A stretch of 64,000 nt of DNA from NCBI GenBank assembly GCA_964057225.1, contig OZ059895.1, positions 14,260,001 to 14,324,000 of the forward strand, given 5' to 3'. Of this stretch, positions 16,755 to 29,328 are shown piece after piece. The first letter of the stretch is position 1, and each line of letters begins with the position of its first letter. The notes below the pieces were generated by a model. The model saw only the letters and a list, made by a program, of their open reading frames with translations, was not told where the DNA came from and searched no databases. The translations under genes were made by a program, and so were the position numbers. Origin of the DNA: Auanema rhodensis. Lineage: Eukaryota; Animalia; Nematoda.

Positions 16755-18679
16755 TTATTTTTTACCAGTAACTTCTTTTATTTTAGCGACAATCTTCTTA
16801 AGGAAACCTCTATGAGGCGTTGTTTCTTCCTCCACTTGGAATGGTATTATTCCCTAAATGTTCAAATATGAAATATCAGAAAATCGTATTTTACCTCTTT
16901 GAAGTTATCCAGAGGAGGGATTTCATCCTTTTCAATCTCACCAGCCGCATTACGACGGACCATAATAGGTGTACGGAGAACAACTGACTTTATAGCTCCC
17001 TAAAAATAAATTATCAGTGAAATTAAAATTATTAGATGTACCTTTGGAGTTTGGACAACATCAGCTTTCTCAGCTTTTTCAGTTACGACCGCACTATCCC
17101 CGCTATCAAGCTATAATGGAGGAAAAATATTATAAATATAAAAGGAATAACATACAGTAGATGCATTCCTATCTATAATGATTACATCATCATCATCATC
17201 ATCCAATATAGGAGGCTTTGGTGGTTCTAGTATTAATATATCATCGTCATCATCATCATAATTATTAGATTCTAATAATACACAGTTTAATGATATAATA
17301 AGCTATATGAACTAGTTACTCTTTGAAGGAGTTTCTCTTTGGTTTCTCAGTCTTTCTCTTTCTTTTCTTTTTTGATGCTGTTCTTCAGTATGTTTTTTTA
17401 TTTGATGCTCTTGATGGAAATCCACAAACTCATTAAATGGAGGAACATGGAATCTTTCACGCTGAAAAAGCTTTTAATTTGAGTTCAAAAAATAAATTAA
17501 CTTACATCTTTTAAACTTCTATAGTGTTTATTAAATCCAAAATAGCCTATAATCTTAGTTTTGTCGATTTGGGGAGGTGGACTATCTCTACCATCATCTT
17601 CTGAAAATATAATTATTACAAAGAAAACAAAAAAACTGTGAACCTGGTACATAATCACCCAAACCATCAATAGAGTGGAATGATAACAACTTATGAGATG
17701 TATCTCGGACAATGGCTCTTGAAGAATGAACAAAGTAAAAAAACAGATGGAAATAACTAACTGTTTCAAATAGCCTGGTGGATAGCCTTCAATGAAGCCC
17801 ATTTTGCGCATTCTATAAATCCATTCTGGGATATCATCTGGCCCTATGCCCAAAGCCTAAACATACTAATTAAAACACTAAAACAAGAAAAATCTACTTT
17901 GCGAAGTGAGTAGGATAATCTTCCTGGTCGGAACTCTTCACCACCCTTCTCTTCGTCATGATATCGCAAACTAACAAAATTTAAAACAATAAAACTATAT
18001 TAAAAAATACTTACCCATCAAGTCGATTGAAATTACGGGATTGCTCACGATGAGCTTGCTGGGCTTCACGAATACGCTGTTGATCTCTTGGTTCAGTACA
18101 AGCACTGACAGAGTGATTTCCACCACAATTAAAGCAACCATTCTATACATTATTATAATTCACAAATATTAAAAAAAAACCAACTCTTCTTTTTTTGGAA
18201 GATGGTTCACCTTCCTCAGGCATTTTAGCAAAGGGGCTCAGAAGTTCCGAACAAACTTTTTTCATCCATTCACTTAAATTGTTTGAAACTAATTTTCGAA
18301 AACAAAACAATTCTACCTTTCCTCAGTAGGCACATCAGAATTCATAGATAATTCAGCAGAAGAAACAGCAACTGATTCAGAACGGTCTATCAAGAAATCT
18401 CCATAATCTGTTTCATTTCCTTTGCTGATGAAAGCATTCAGAATAACAGGCGATGGCGTCCTTTCATCCCGTTTTCTACCATAATAAATGGTAAATTTAA
18501 AATTCAAATAGAATATTCACCTCTTGCGATTTGGGGGTGATTCTTCATCTGAGGATATGATTTCTCCATCAGAATTCGAAAATCTGGTGCTTCTGATCTC
18601 TAAAACGTAATTTGAATTTGTATGCTTTTTTAGCCAACGAACCTCTTGGAGTTTCATCAATTATCACATCGTCACTCAT
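16755..18679 (-). CDS. ZCCHC8: ZCCHC8-like NEXT-complex subunit (CCHC zinc knuckle + PSP domain)
   Basis: CFNCGGNHSVSAC knuckle followed by FRPGRLSYSLRKALGIGPDDIPEWIYRMRKMGFIEGYPPGYLK (PSP domain). Confidence 0.88.
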
Positions 18680-18954
18680 TTTAATTAAGTAATTATTATA
18701 AATTACAGAAATTAATGTTAGGGAACTTACCAAACTATGAAATCAAGAGAATTTTTAAATAAAATGTAAAAAATTAGCAAAATTAAACTCTGCGTACCTA
18801 TTATCTACAGTACATATAATATTTCAAGCTCTATTCCTTACATGAAATTTAATGCTTTTCATTCTAAGTTTGTTGAAACTTGTTATATATAATTGATCAT
18901 TATAAGCATTTTTCTTAACTTTATAACTTTTTTATCTTTTATATTGAATGGCAA

Positions 18955-20386
18955 ATGAGTAGCGTATGCAATTATTTTATATATCAGGTTGTATCGTTTT
19001 CAAATTGGATCATGCATTGGACCAGGCAAGCTTATCTAACTATGATACCAACATATCCTATTGGATATTTACTTATTCATGGTAATATTTGTCAATTTTT
19101 TTCCAATGTTGAAACGCTTTTTTTAGGGTTTCGTGGGGATCAACCTTGGACTAAATTATATGTCGATAGAAGTGGTTTCGAGGCTAGTGCACATCTTAAA
19201 GAACTAGTCGAAAATGAGTTAGATCATGTTACAGGCTCAAGTAAGGTTAAAGTAAGATCATATTTTGCTGTACGTTTTTTCTATATTCTAATTTTAGACT
19301 ATGGTGACTATAACAGATGAGTTAGAACCGAAAGTTTATGGATCTTTCTTTTTGAATCCTGGCGCTGAACTCCAATTTCCTCTACGTGTTTCATTCGAAG
19401 ATGTTGAACAAGCTAGACGACTATCTGCTAACATCGAATTAGATTTAGGTTTATCGAAGTATGTTGAATACCTAATTTATTTTTACTTTTGTTAATTAAG
19501 AAATAGAAAAAAAGTCGAGACTGGAACTGAAATAGGAGATGAGCTTATATCAAGAATGATGTTATCAGATATGGCCAAAAAATTCATAATCCAGAGGCAA
19601 CTTCAAATAGCTAATAAGTAAGTTGTTCAAATAGTTTCTTTTTATTCATTTTTAATTATTTAATTAACTAAATTGGAAGTGGTTTATCTTGAGATTGTCT
19701 TATGTATGATCAATTTCAAACGAGATTTCAATTGAAAGTGAAATTGAAAGTTTACACTACTTCTAATTACAAGTTTTTTTCTGAATTTTAGAACATTTAC
19801 TTTCAATTATTATTATATAATTGTATTTTATGTTTATCTTTCAGTGGCCAATTTTTGTGTATTCCAATTTTAAGTTGGATTGGAATTTCGACTGCTTGCT
19901 ATGCTATTGTTACAGGTATCAACTAAATTGCAGTTTGCTGAATAAAAACTTTATTTAGGATTATCTGCCCTAGCTGGTCCTATCATAGGCTTGATTGCGG
20001 GAGTCTCCGTTACTACAGGATCTTACTACCAATTTATCAAAGGATACAATGGTTACAAAGCTAAACAAGCTGATATATTAGCTGTAAATATGTAAGTTAA
20101 CTTATGGTTTTCTATATTGTTTTTTCTATTTTTTTTCTAGGGGAGATGAGTACGTTCGAGGAGCCAAAGATTATTTATTAGGAGCTATGAAATACAACAG
20201 ATTGATACGCAAAGTTCTTGGGGAAGAAGGAGAAAAGAATATAACTAAAGGCGGAGACATTAAGTGTGACTCTCCAACTTATTCTGAAAGGTAATCAATT
20301 AATATTTTTTAAATTTGAATTCAATTATTTCATTTAGATTACGTAACATAGAGTATCACCTTCGTCAGCAAAAATTGAAGAATTAG
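18955..20386 (+). CDS. TMEM177-like membrane protein, paralog 1 (start uncertain)
   Basis: VYGSFFLNPGAELQFPL, ELISRMMLSDMAKKFII, two hydrophobic helices, ADILAV..YVRGAKDY..KYNRLIR..ITKGGDI; same layout as the next gene. Confidence 0.7.
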
Positions 20387-20572
20387 AATAGTAATTATAC
20401 TTTAGTTGTTTAAGTTATGGGCATGAAGCCTATTTTTGTACATATTCCTTATTAAATTATATTTTTCTATTTGTTTCCTTTTCAGTTTTTGTTTGAACAT
20501 AAAATACTTGTAATTGCGTAAAACTATACTATATTATTCTTTACATTTGTTCCAGATTTGTAGATTAAATCA

Positions 20573-22061
20573 ATGTTTTTCACTAGGAGATTAAGTAGCT
20601 ATGTGTATGGTTTTTCTTGAAAATTTGATGTTACAAACTTTTTTTTGCAGAAAATTGAATGCAACCGCCACGGAATGGTTACAAACAAAATGGGGCCGTC
20701 GTTTTCGAATAGGATTATTAGCTGGAACTGTAGTCTCATATCCCATTGTTTCAATATTAACAAACGGACCATTAGTAGCTTTGACATTTCCTAATAGGTA
20801 TTTACTTATGATCTTTTAGATGTTTAGTCTTTTATCTTCAGATATTCTGTAGAAGCTTTACCAGAACACATACAACAACTGGTTAAGCAGGTTTGTCTAA
20901 TTGCTACTGTCCTTCACTTTAACAAAATTGAAAAAACTCTTTAAGGAATACGACCGTTTTCTGGAAAAAGAGGTTAGACTACCTAAGGACGCTCCTGTGC
21001 ATGTTCATTTGAATAGTAGTACAAGTATGTAGAATTTTTGTTTGTTTCAAGTTATGTAGACGTACTTTAGACGATCATGATACTGTTGCATCTGGTTCTC
21101 TTGGTGTTCGTTCTGGATTATTCTCAGCTATTCCTTTTTATACTCAATTCTCATCTGTTGAAGAACTTTTAGCTTATTTACGGTTTGTATCTCTTCATTA
21201 TCTTCCATGAAGCTTCTTTTTTCAGAAAAAAAAATTGTAATTGGGTTGAATTCCTTGGTAAACGATTATCTGTTGATTGGGATACGCCTTCTGGAGAAGA
21301 ATTAGCATCTACATTAATTCTTTCAGAGAATGTTTGTTGTTTCTTTTTCCGGAAAATATATATTTCGAAATGTTGTAGGCATTGAAATTCATATTACTCC
21401 GAGATTTATATGCCTATGATGGTTATGCTTCACTGGCTCAAAGAAGTATATCGTGGGCTACATGGTCTACGTTCTCCAGTATCTTCACCTATTGGTTGCA
21501 TAAGGTATGTTTTCATATCATTCTGAAATATATTCTGATAACATACATCAGCTATTATAGTCAGTGAAAATTGGTGGAGGTACTGCTATGGCCTTTGTAG
21601 GAGTTTACAGTGTTCTTACAACTGCAGCATGGTTTGCAAACAAACATTGGCATTACCTTTATAGGTAACCCTATAAGCTAATTACCTTGATTTCAATCCA
21701 AATTTTCAGATATATGACCGACATTCATGCTGATGCAGAATCAGCAAAAGTTTCATTTCAACATTCTGAAGGCGGCAAAGAGTTCTATTGGAAATATTTG
21801 AAGAGAAACCGGTATGAATTCAAAAAAATTGATAAAGAAATTGTTTTTATTAAAGGTTATTACGAGATATGCATCCTTATCTGTACACAGAAGTTACTGC
21901 TTCTGGTGATATCAGAGGAATACCAACCCCACTTATAGTTCGATACGAGCATCTTAAGGTCTGTTATCAGAACTATTTTTCATATTTGACATTTATTATT
22001 TCTTTAGGACGTTAATGAAGAAGATGATGAACTGAAAGAAGTTGTTAGCGGAGATGATTAA
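20573..22061 (+). CDS. TMEM177-like membrane protein, paralog 2
   Basis: EWLQTKWGRRFR, SGSLGVRSGLFSAIP, GEELASTLILSENALKFILLR, TM helices, ADAESA..GGKEFYWKYLKRNRLLR..TASGDI. Confidence 0.75.
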
Positions 22062-22295
22062 GTTTGTAGAAAAACCCTTAGCTTATAGCAATTAACTCTT
22101 TTTGTCAAAATATTTATGAACATTGTTGAACTCTTTGTTATAGTTTATAAAAGAAAATGTTTATACTTGGAAATAAACTATATTTTTATCAACTTTGTTC
22201 TTTGGTTTTATTGGTTTTTATCTAATCTCATACTTTCTTACTTTTCTACTTTTTTTGGTTTTAATTCAAATTATTTCAAAGATAGGAATAGTAGG

Positions 22296-23687
22296 ATGGG
22301 ATCTGCTGTACTTGGTTTAGGAGCATGTGCTTTATCTTCAATATTCTTTGGCAGTCTATTCGTTCCAATCAAGAAGTATGATCCAGGAAATGGTAAAAGA
22401 TAGTTTCAACACAAAGATCTTCTGAATGAATATTCAGGAATTTTCGTACAATGGATAATGGCTTCTGCCATATTTATTGTTGGGCTAGCTGTTAGTGCTT
22501 TTGAGGGATTTCCAACTTTTCAGCCTTTTGCCATGCTCGGTGGATTATTCTGGGCTATAGGTATAACCTGATATCATCAAATCTTTCCTAACTTCTAGAG
22601 ACTTTAAGGTAATTGTACTGCTATTCCTATTATGAATGTTATTGGCATGGGTATGGGAATGTTAATATGGGGAATTACCAACTGTTTAGCTGGTTGGGCC
22701 ACTGGAAGGTTTTTTTTCGACAAACCTATTGAGACAAATAGATTGAACATTGTACTCTAGATTTGGTTTGTTTGGAATTAATCCGACCATACCTTCAATA
22801 CCACTTTTGAATTACTTCGGGCTTATATTGGTGATTGTAGGGTAGTTTGATTCGTATAATGAGGCATCTTTAACAATATATATTTTCAGCGGAGTACTCT
22901 TTTCTCAAGTCAAATCTGAATGCCGAAACTCTGAAAATGAAGACGAAGATCAAGATGATGCCAGCTACAGTGATGATGAGAATGCTCCACTAGTTCAAAC
23001 AGAGCAGCCTTCACCTATGGGACGTAAAAGACTTATGTAAATAGTTGTTCAACAGTTCAAAGAACTATATTTTTAATATTCCAGTGCTATTATAACAGCT
23101 CTTAGTGCTGGAGTGTTATATGGAATAACATTCCTTCCTGTTCTGTATATCCAAGATCATCCTGAAAAGGTTTGGTAAAATGTTTGTGTCCCTTTAACGT
23201 ATGTTATCTCGCAGTATCCTGGATCATCATCTCAAGGATTGGATTACGTTTTTTCTCATTTTACTGGAATATTCGCTACTTCTACTGTCATTTTACTTGT
23301 ATATATTGCTTTTACTAAAAATCGTCCATATGTAAACTCTCGATTGATTGGTCCAGCTTACGTTGCTGGCACTATGTGGGGAATAGCTCAATCATCTTGG
23401 TAACAATCATGAACATTGTGGTTTTACTCTCATTCACAATCATATTTAGGTTTGTTGCCAATGATAACCTATCTCAAGCTTTGTCATTCCCTATCATCAG
23501 CATGGTTCCGGGTGTTTGTGGAGCACTATGGAGCGTCTTTTACTTTAGGTCAGAGATTTGCAACAATCTAAATTTTGAAGAAAATTAATATTTTAGAGAA
23601 ATCACGGGTCAACGTAATCTTAGACTTTTGGGATTAGCTGTATTTGTGACTCTGTCAGGAGCTGTTTTCGTTGGAATTTCAAAATAA
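22296..23687 (+). CDS. TMEM144: TMEM144-family multi-pass transporter-like protein
   Basis: FFGSLFVPIKKYDPGNGIFVQWIM, FQPFAMLGGLFWAIGN, GLDYVFSHFTGI, FVANDNLSQALSFPIISMVPG. Confidence 0.88.
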
Positions 23688-24089
23688 TAACAGAAATAGC
23701 TGGAACTATTTCAAATCTGTTTTATGAAATAATTTGAAATTTTGTCATACATCAGATGTGATTACATCATTGTTCATATATATATATAAATAGTGAAATT
23801 TTAGAATCTTAGTAGCATTTATACATATAAATGTGCCAAAAAAGCTAGTTTTATACCTCAAATTATGTATGAAAATGCTTATTAACCTAATTCCATGTAC
23901 TTCGAATTTCATACAATGTGGTTCACTTATATTATTTCTTGTTAAATATAATTTTCTTTAAAAACAGGTGTTAGCTCAAGTAAACTATAATTATATAAAA
24001 CGTGCTTCTTTTATTGAAAATTATCATTTGTAATATATATCTACATAAATCTAAAATCATTTTAGTCTCATCTTTTTCAATTGTAAGCT

Positions 24090-25641
24090 ATGTCCTGGGA
24101 AGTCTATCATGCTTACCCTTTAAAGAATTTAGATGAAACATCAACATGTGTTCATTTACCAGAAGATGATTTTGAAGCTTATTTAGCTTCTCATGAATAT
24201 ATTTTTATTTTTACAACTCTTCTAACTATATTAACCATATATCTAGTTATATGTCATTCTTCACCTCAAATGAAAGGATATAAATATATTTTACTTATTC
24301 ATGTAATCTGGTTAGTTTAATATTTTTTCTTTTAAATCTTTTCTAATCGATATTTACTTGTTTTTGTTTTTCATTTCACTCTAATAATATAAATTCTTTT
24401 CAGTTTTTATTTTCATGATTTTCAAATGGGTATTAGTACTGCAATACGCAGTTACTCAGAAGTCTTAGGTTTTGGCCAGATGGGTCTAATGTCAAAGCTG
24501 AATGTCCCAGTTAAATATTCTCTTTATATATCAAGCTGTTTGATAACAGGTTATTCTTTAAAATTACATAATTTGAAGAGAATTCATCTCTCTCTCTCCA
24601 AACCCTTCACAAACTTATTTATTTCTCCTTCCTTCGTCGATAATATTAAAAAATTAAAAAAAATAAATTCATAAGAAACTTTAAAATCAATTTCTTTCTA
24701 AAAACTCAACCAAAATTTTAAAATTCAAATTGAAATGTTACAGAAGTTATTGGACTTTATGCTCATATGTTTGCATATCGAACTCAAGCTATAATTCCAC
24801 CTTCCAGCATATTTTTTTTAAGCAAAAAAGTAGAAACATGTTTAACAATTTTATTTTATAATGCTTGGATTACTGGTGTCATATTCACTGTAATCTGTTT
24901 TTCTGATGATCCTGAAGATATTTTGAAACAATTACAGGTTTGTTCATGTAGTATATTTGAAATAATTTGAATGAAATGTTCAAAATCCTTTATAGAAATA
25001 TGAAATATGTCCGGAAGATTATCATTATTTATTATTTACAACAGATTCTATAATATTATTAAGTAATAGAATATTAATAATGGAAATTATTATAATTAGT
25101 GGAATTTTTACATTTTTTATTTGTATATTTACATGTTTATTGTTATGTTCATATTATTTATATAATCCAAATTCACAATTATCGCTAAAAACGAGAAAAT
25201 TACAAAAATCTTTATTAATTGCTTTGTGTATACAAGTAATAATTCTTTTTAAAATTGATAACAATTTTCATATTGCAGACGTTTATTCCATTGATTATGA
25301 TGATTATTCCGGCTCTATTATTACTTCATGCTCCATCTTTAGGTAGATATTTAATAATAAATAAGTAAATAACTATGTATATAGCTGTTAATAAGATTGC
25401 AATGGTTATCTATGTTCAACATGGTAATGCAAATTCAATTGTTTTAATAATAGCACATATTGATTATCGTAATACTATATATAAAGCATTTCGATCATTA
25501 TTCATATCAAGTTTGTTTCAAGTTTTATTGTTTTTTTTTTTGGTTTTTTGATTTTCAACAAATATAAATTTGTCGTTCTTTTCAGATGCTGCATCTGCAC
25601 GTGTTAGTACATTACCTAGTATTATAGCACCATTAAAATAA
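24090..25641 (+). CDS. Nematode serpentine chemoreceptor (Srh/Str superfamily 7TM GPCR)
   Basis: YLVICHSSPQMKGYKYILL, MFAYRTQAI, LSLKTRKLQKSLLIALCIQ, QHGNANSIVLIIAHIDYR; several hydrophobic segments. Confidence 0.8.
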
Positions 25642-26400
25642 TTAATAATAATCTATGTACAAGATATTATGATTAATATAAAATTATATATTTCCATATA
25701 TAATATATATTGGTGAGAGAAGTTGAAAGAACGAAAGTTAAAACGTCAAGACTGAGCAAGTATCATACTAGATTCTAGTTGGATAGTATAGAACTTCATT
25801 GATTATGGGTGTACTCATTGAACCTCATGTACCGCACCGTATAGTAGATTTACAGCAATGTTAGTAGAATCATAACTTCGTTTCTAATGGCCATGGTGGA
25901 ACTAGAAGTTGTATTAAATTGGGATATAATCTATTATATTTAAGGCAAACTGCGGAATATCTGCTGCATCTATTTCGAATTGAACACGAAGAAAAGAAGG
26001 CTAATATAGTGAAAGCTATCAAATCAACAGGACTGAACTAGTATAAGATGTTTAATTGATCTAACCTAATACTTCTGTTGCACTGATGTACAGGTTCCGC
26101 TTCATAGTATATACTCTACATGGTGGCCACTGAACAAGTTAATCTTCTAATTAATTATAATTAAAAGTTCTTATTGTGTTTCTTAGTGATATTCTTTCTA
26201 ATCTGATGCAATTCTTCAATTATTTTATAATTTCATTATCACGTATTCCATAATAATATTTGTTGGCGGAGCTTGTTTAGGAGCTGCCACCCCCTTCACG
26301 TTTGCTATAGGAGCTGCCCTCCCCTCTTCACCTTTGCTATATTAACTGTAGTAAATACGATTTATATCTAAATTTTAAGACAAAAACACAAGAATTATTA

Positions 26401-27540
26401 TTATAAAACTGTCATTCTTGCTCTTATAGCTAAAGCAATTTCTTGTTTACAGGAAGACATAATAGCATTATGAAATTGTCTTCGTCTTCGTTGACTTCGT
26501 TTCCTTTCCATCATGACACGATGTTGAGTTACATGTACATATACAGCAATTCCAACTGAATATGAAAGATTTTTAAAGTTTTTAAAGTTTTTAAAGTACT
26601 TACGTAATACTAATGCAACACAAGCACATACTATACTCCAACCTGCTTCAGCATAATACATATATTCTTTCTTAAAACAAGCAAGTTTATTAAGTTTTAA
26701 GTTTTCATTTTTTTAATTTACCTCATTTTTGGGTGTTCTTGTATTAGTTAAATGAATAATATAGAAAGTTGTCATAATAGATATGAATAAACATACTAAT
26801 GCGCTCATTAAGAATCGAGAAATATTCTTCAAAGTATGCTGGTGTAAAGCAGTCAAGTTCAGGATTATGCTTGCTGTTGCAAATAGAGCATTGAAAATAT
26901 CTGTGAAAATGAAATAATTATCAGAATTTATATGAGAAATATTGATAAGTATTCATACCTATAGCCCAATTTGTATCTAATATTCTCCATTTTCCATCAG
27001 GATCGAATATAAACCAAAAACAGGAACTATAATGCAATTGTCCAGCTTTCGATACATTTCTTTGATAACCATCTTAAATTTTTTTAAATTTTATAAAATA
27101 TAATTCTGATCTGATTCTAAAGAGTTTCATTTCAAGTTTTACCTGTCAAATCAGAGCATTGTCTGAAAAGGCTGGCATGTTGTTCAACTAGAGCATAAGT
27201 CTTATTAGGACATGAGAGAAAAGACATTTCTCGAAGAACTGTTAACGAACATTGTGGAGGAGGTTTTATCTTAAAAACTTTTTTTTTCAAACTTTCAAAA
27301 TAAAGATTAATGATACCTGACGAATTTTTATGAGAATCCAATGATCTGAACAAATTGAAATAAGTATTATTATATTTAAATTTATTAAAAGAACTGATTT
27401 TGAATTCATGCTTATGCTTACTGCGTAAAAAATCCGATGACTAGTATCATGCTTGCGAAATCGATGTGTAGCTCTAATTGAGTTGTCTTCTGATTCCCTC
27501 TTTGCTTTCCTCTGAGTCTTTCCATCCTCAGCACTTTCAT
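26401..27540 (-). CDS. Claudin/PMP22-like multi-pass membrane protein (tentative)
   Basis: In-frame spliced model MKVLRME...MILVIGFFTQ|SLDSHK...Cys-containing loop...IFNALFATASIILNL...ALVCLFISIMTTFYII...GWSIVCACVALVL...basic tail. Confidence 0.5.
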
Positions 27541-27752
27541 GAATGAATCGTCAAATCCAAACAAATTCATTCAATTCTTAATTTCTGAGGCTCCCCAGAA
27601 CAAATGTAAGAATCCATACACTTTCTAGTCAAGACAATTAATAACTTTTGGTGTTCACAAATTTAAGATCTATGCTCCTCAGGCTCGTGTGATTTGTGCC
27701 GACAGTTTCTGTGTAGTGTAGAGAGACAATCTCTGTGCGTGTTATGGACAGA

Positions 27753-27815
27753 CATAGCACCCCAATGGGATACGGCGCTTCTATTAAGGGCACTGGGAGG
27801 TGACACTACATCTTC
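27753..27815 (+). promoter_or_regulatory. Putative snRNA-type (PSE-like) promoter of SL1 copy 1; near-identical block upstream of copy 3 (28537-28599), partial upstream of copy 2
   Basis: CATAGCACCCCAATGGGATACGGCGC and CACTGGGAGGTGA(C/G)ACT occur at fixed distance from +1; similarity ends abruptly near -64. Confidence 0.65.
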
Positions 27816-27909
27816 GGTTTAATTACCCAAGTTTGAGGTACTTTCCTGATTCAACCAGAATAATTCTGTGTTCGAATTAAATTTTGGAACGCTCTCCACT
27901 GGAGAGCAA
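27816..27909 (+). ncRNA. sls-1: SL1 spliced-leader RNA gene, copy 1
   Basis: Perfect 22-nt SL1 GGTTTAATTACCCAAGTTTGAG, then GT donor, hairpin, Sm site AATTTTGG and terminal hairpin GCTCTCC-act-GGAGAGC. Confidence 0.95.
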
Positions 27910-28156
27910 CATGAATCGAAAATCATTAGATGAGTCAAGTTCTTTGGATTTTTAAAATTGAAAAATCAACGAAGATGATAATCATTCTGGGAATTATAGT
28001 TGAGATGAGCCAAGTTCAGATGTAGCCTACACGTGTGTATGACCCATGGTGTCAAGTCAAGAGAGACAGTCTATACCATGTTGGGGGGAGAGACACAACA
28101 CGTCTATGTGATACGACACGTGCATTGATGCCACTGGGAGGTGACACTGCTTCGTC

Positions 28157-28250
28157 GGTTTAATTACCCAAGTTTGAGGTACTTTCCTGATTCAACCAGA
28201 ATAATTCTGTGTTCGAATTAAATTTTGGAACGCTCTCCATTGGAGAGCAA
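28157..28250 (+). ncRNA. sls-1: SL1 spliced-leader RNA gene, copy 2
   Basis: Same SL1 exon, donor, Sm site and 3' hairpin (loop att). Confidence 0.95.
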
Positions 28251-28599
28251 AATGAGTTGAATCGAAATTTGAAAGCTAGTGTTAAGTTTACGCTTTGTTC
28301 ATCAATGTTGTAACTGATTGTAGAGGATTATTACAGTACAATTCATAGTTTTTTTAAATTAATAATTGGCGCCAAATGAGGAGAATGTTCATTTTAAAGT
28401 TTCACAAGAGATGAGCGGTTGTATTCAGGTTATATAGAAGATTCTTTACAAATCTGTGCCGTTTTCTAGTTGTATACAACATATATGAACAGTTCATGAT
28501 GACAAATCTTAAGTTCATTCGTGGTTTAGGCTCATACATAGCACCCCAATGGGATACGGCGCTTCTATTGAGGGCACTGGGAGGTGAGACTACTTCTTC

Positions 28600-28693
28600 G
28601 GTTTAATTACCCAAGTTTGAGGTACTTTCCTGATTCAACCAGAAACATTCTGTGTTCGAATTAAATTTTGGAACGCTCTCCTCTGGAGAGCAA
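28600..28693 (+). ncRNA. sls-1: SL1 spliced-leader RNA gene, copy 3
   Basis: Same SL1 exon, donor, Sm site and 3' hairpin (loop tct). Confidence 0.95.
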
Positions 28694-29328
28694 CATGTAT
28701 TTCAGTTCTAAATTGCTTTGGCTTGTAGGAACATGAATTAAGGAAAAGATGTTGATTTTAAATATTTTTGTTGAGATTATCAGTTGTATACAGGATGTAT
28801 TGGGAGTTGTTCGCAAATCTGAGTTAGATGTTGCCTAGACTCAGGACTTAAGTAGTAGAGCCAAATATGACATTTACTCTTATAATAATCTATAATTAAC
28901 AAAATATAATTAATGACGAGAACATTATATAACTACTAGAAAGTATTTATTCGAATATATATATATATGAATTTTATGACAAAATATTTCGCATGACGGT
29001 TCAAATCGCCTTTTGTTCTGAATCAGTGGTAAAGCTGTGATTTACGTTCTTATAAAATATCTACTAGCTAAATTTCGTGATAATTATGCTATTCGTTCTT
29101 ATTTATCTTTGAATATATTGAAACAGTTTCAAATTGTCCTCTGAGTACACGTACGCATTTTAGATTAAACGAGTGACCATCTTTCCGTAAATGTTTAATA
29201 TGCCGTCTGAACGAAAATAGGTACTTCTCCTCATTTAATGCACTTGCTTTTTTCTGGTTTACTTCTAGTTGAATAGCTTTATTAATTCATTTTGTATGAT
29301 TATTTACTATTACTATATTTTTAAGGCG

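Noticed and set aside
27910-28599. 5S rRNA gene in the SL spacers
   Set aside because: No recognisable 5S sequence on either strand.
27753-28693. CRISPR-like repeat array or cDNA contamination
   Set aside because: Repeats are ~95-160 nt with irregular spacing, and each SL1 is followed by a GT donor and Sm site, so these are genomic SL RNA genes.
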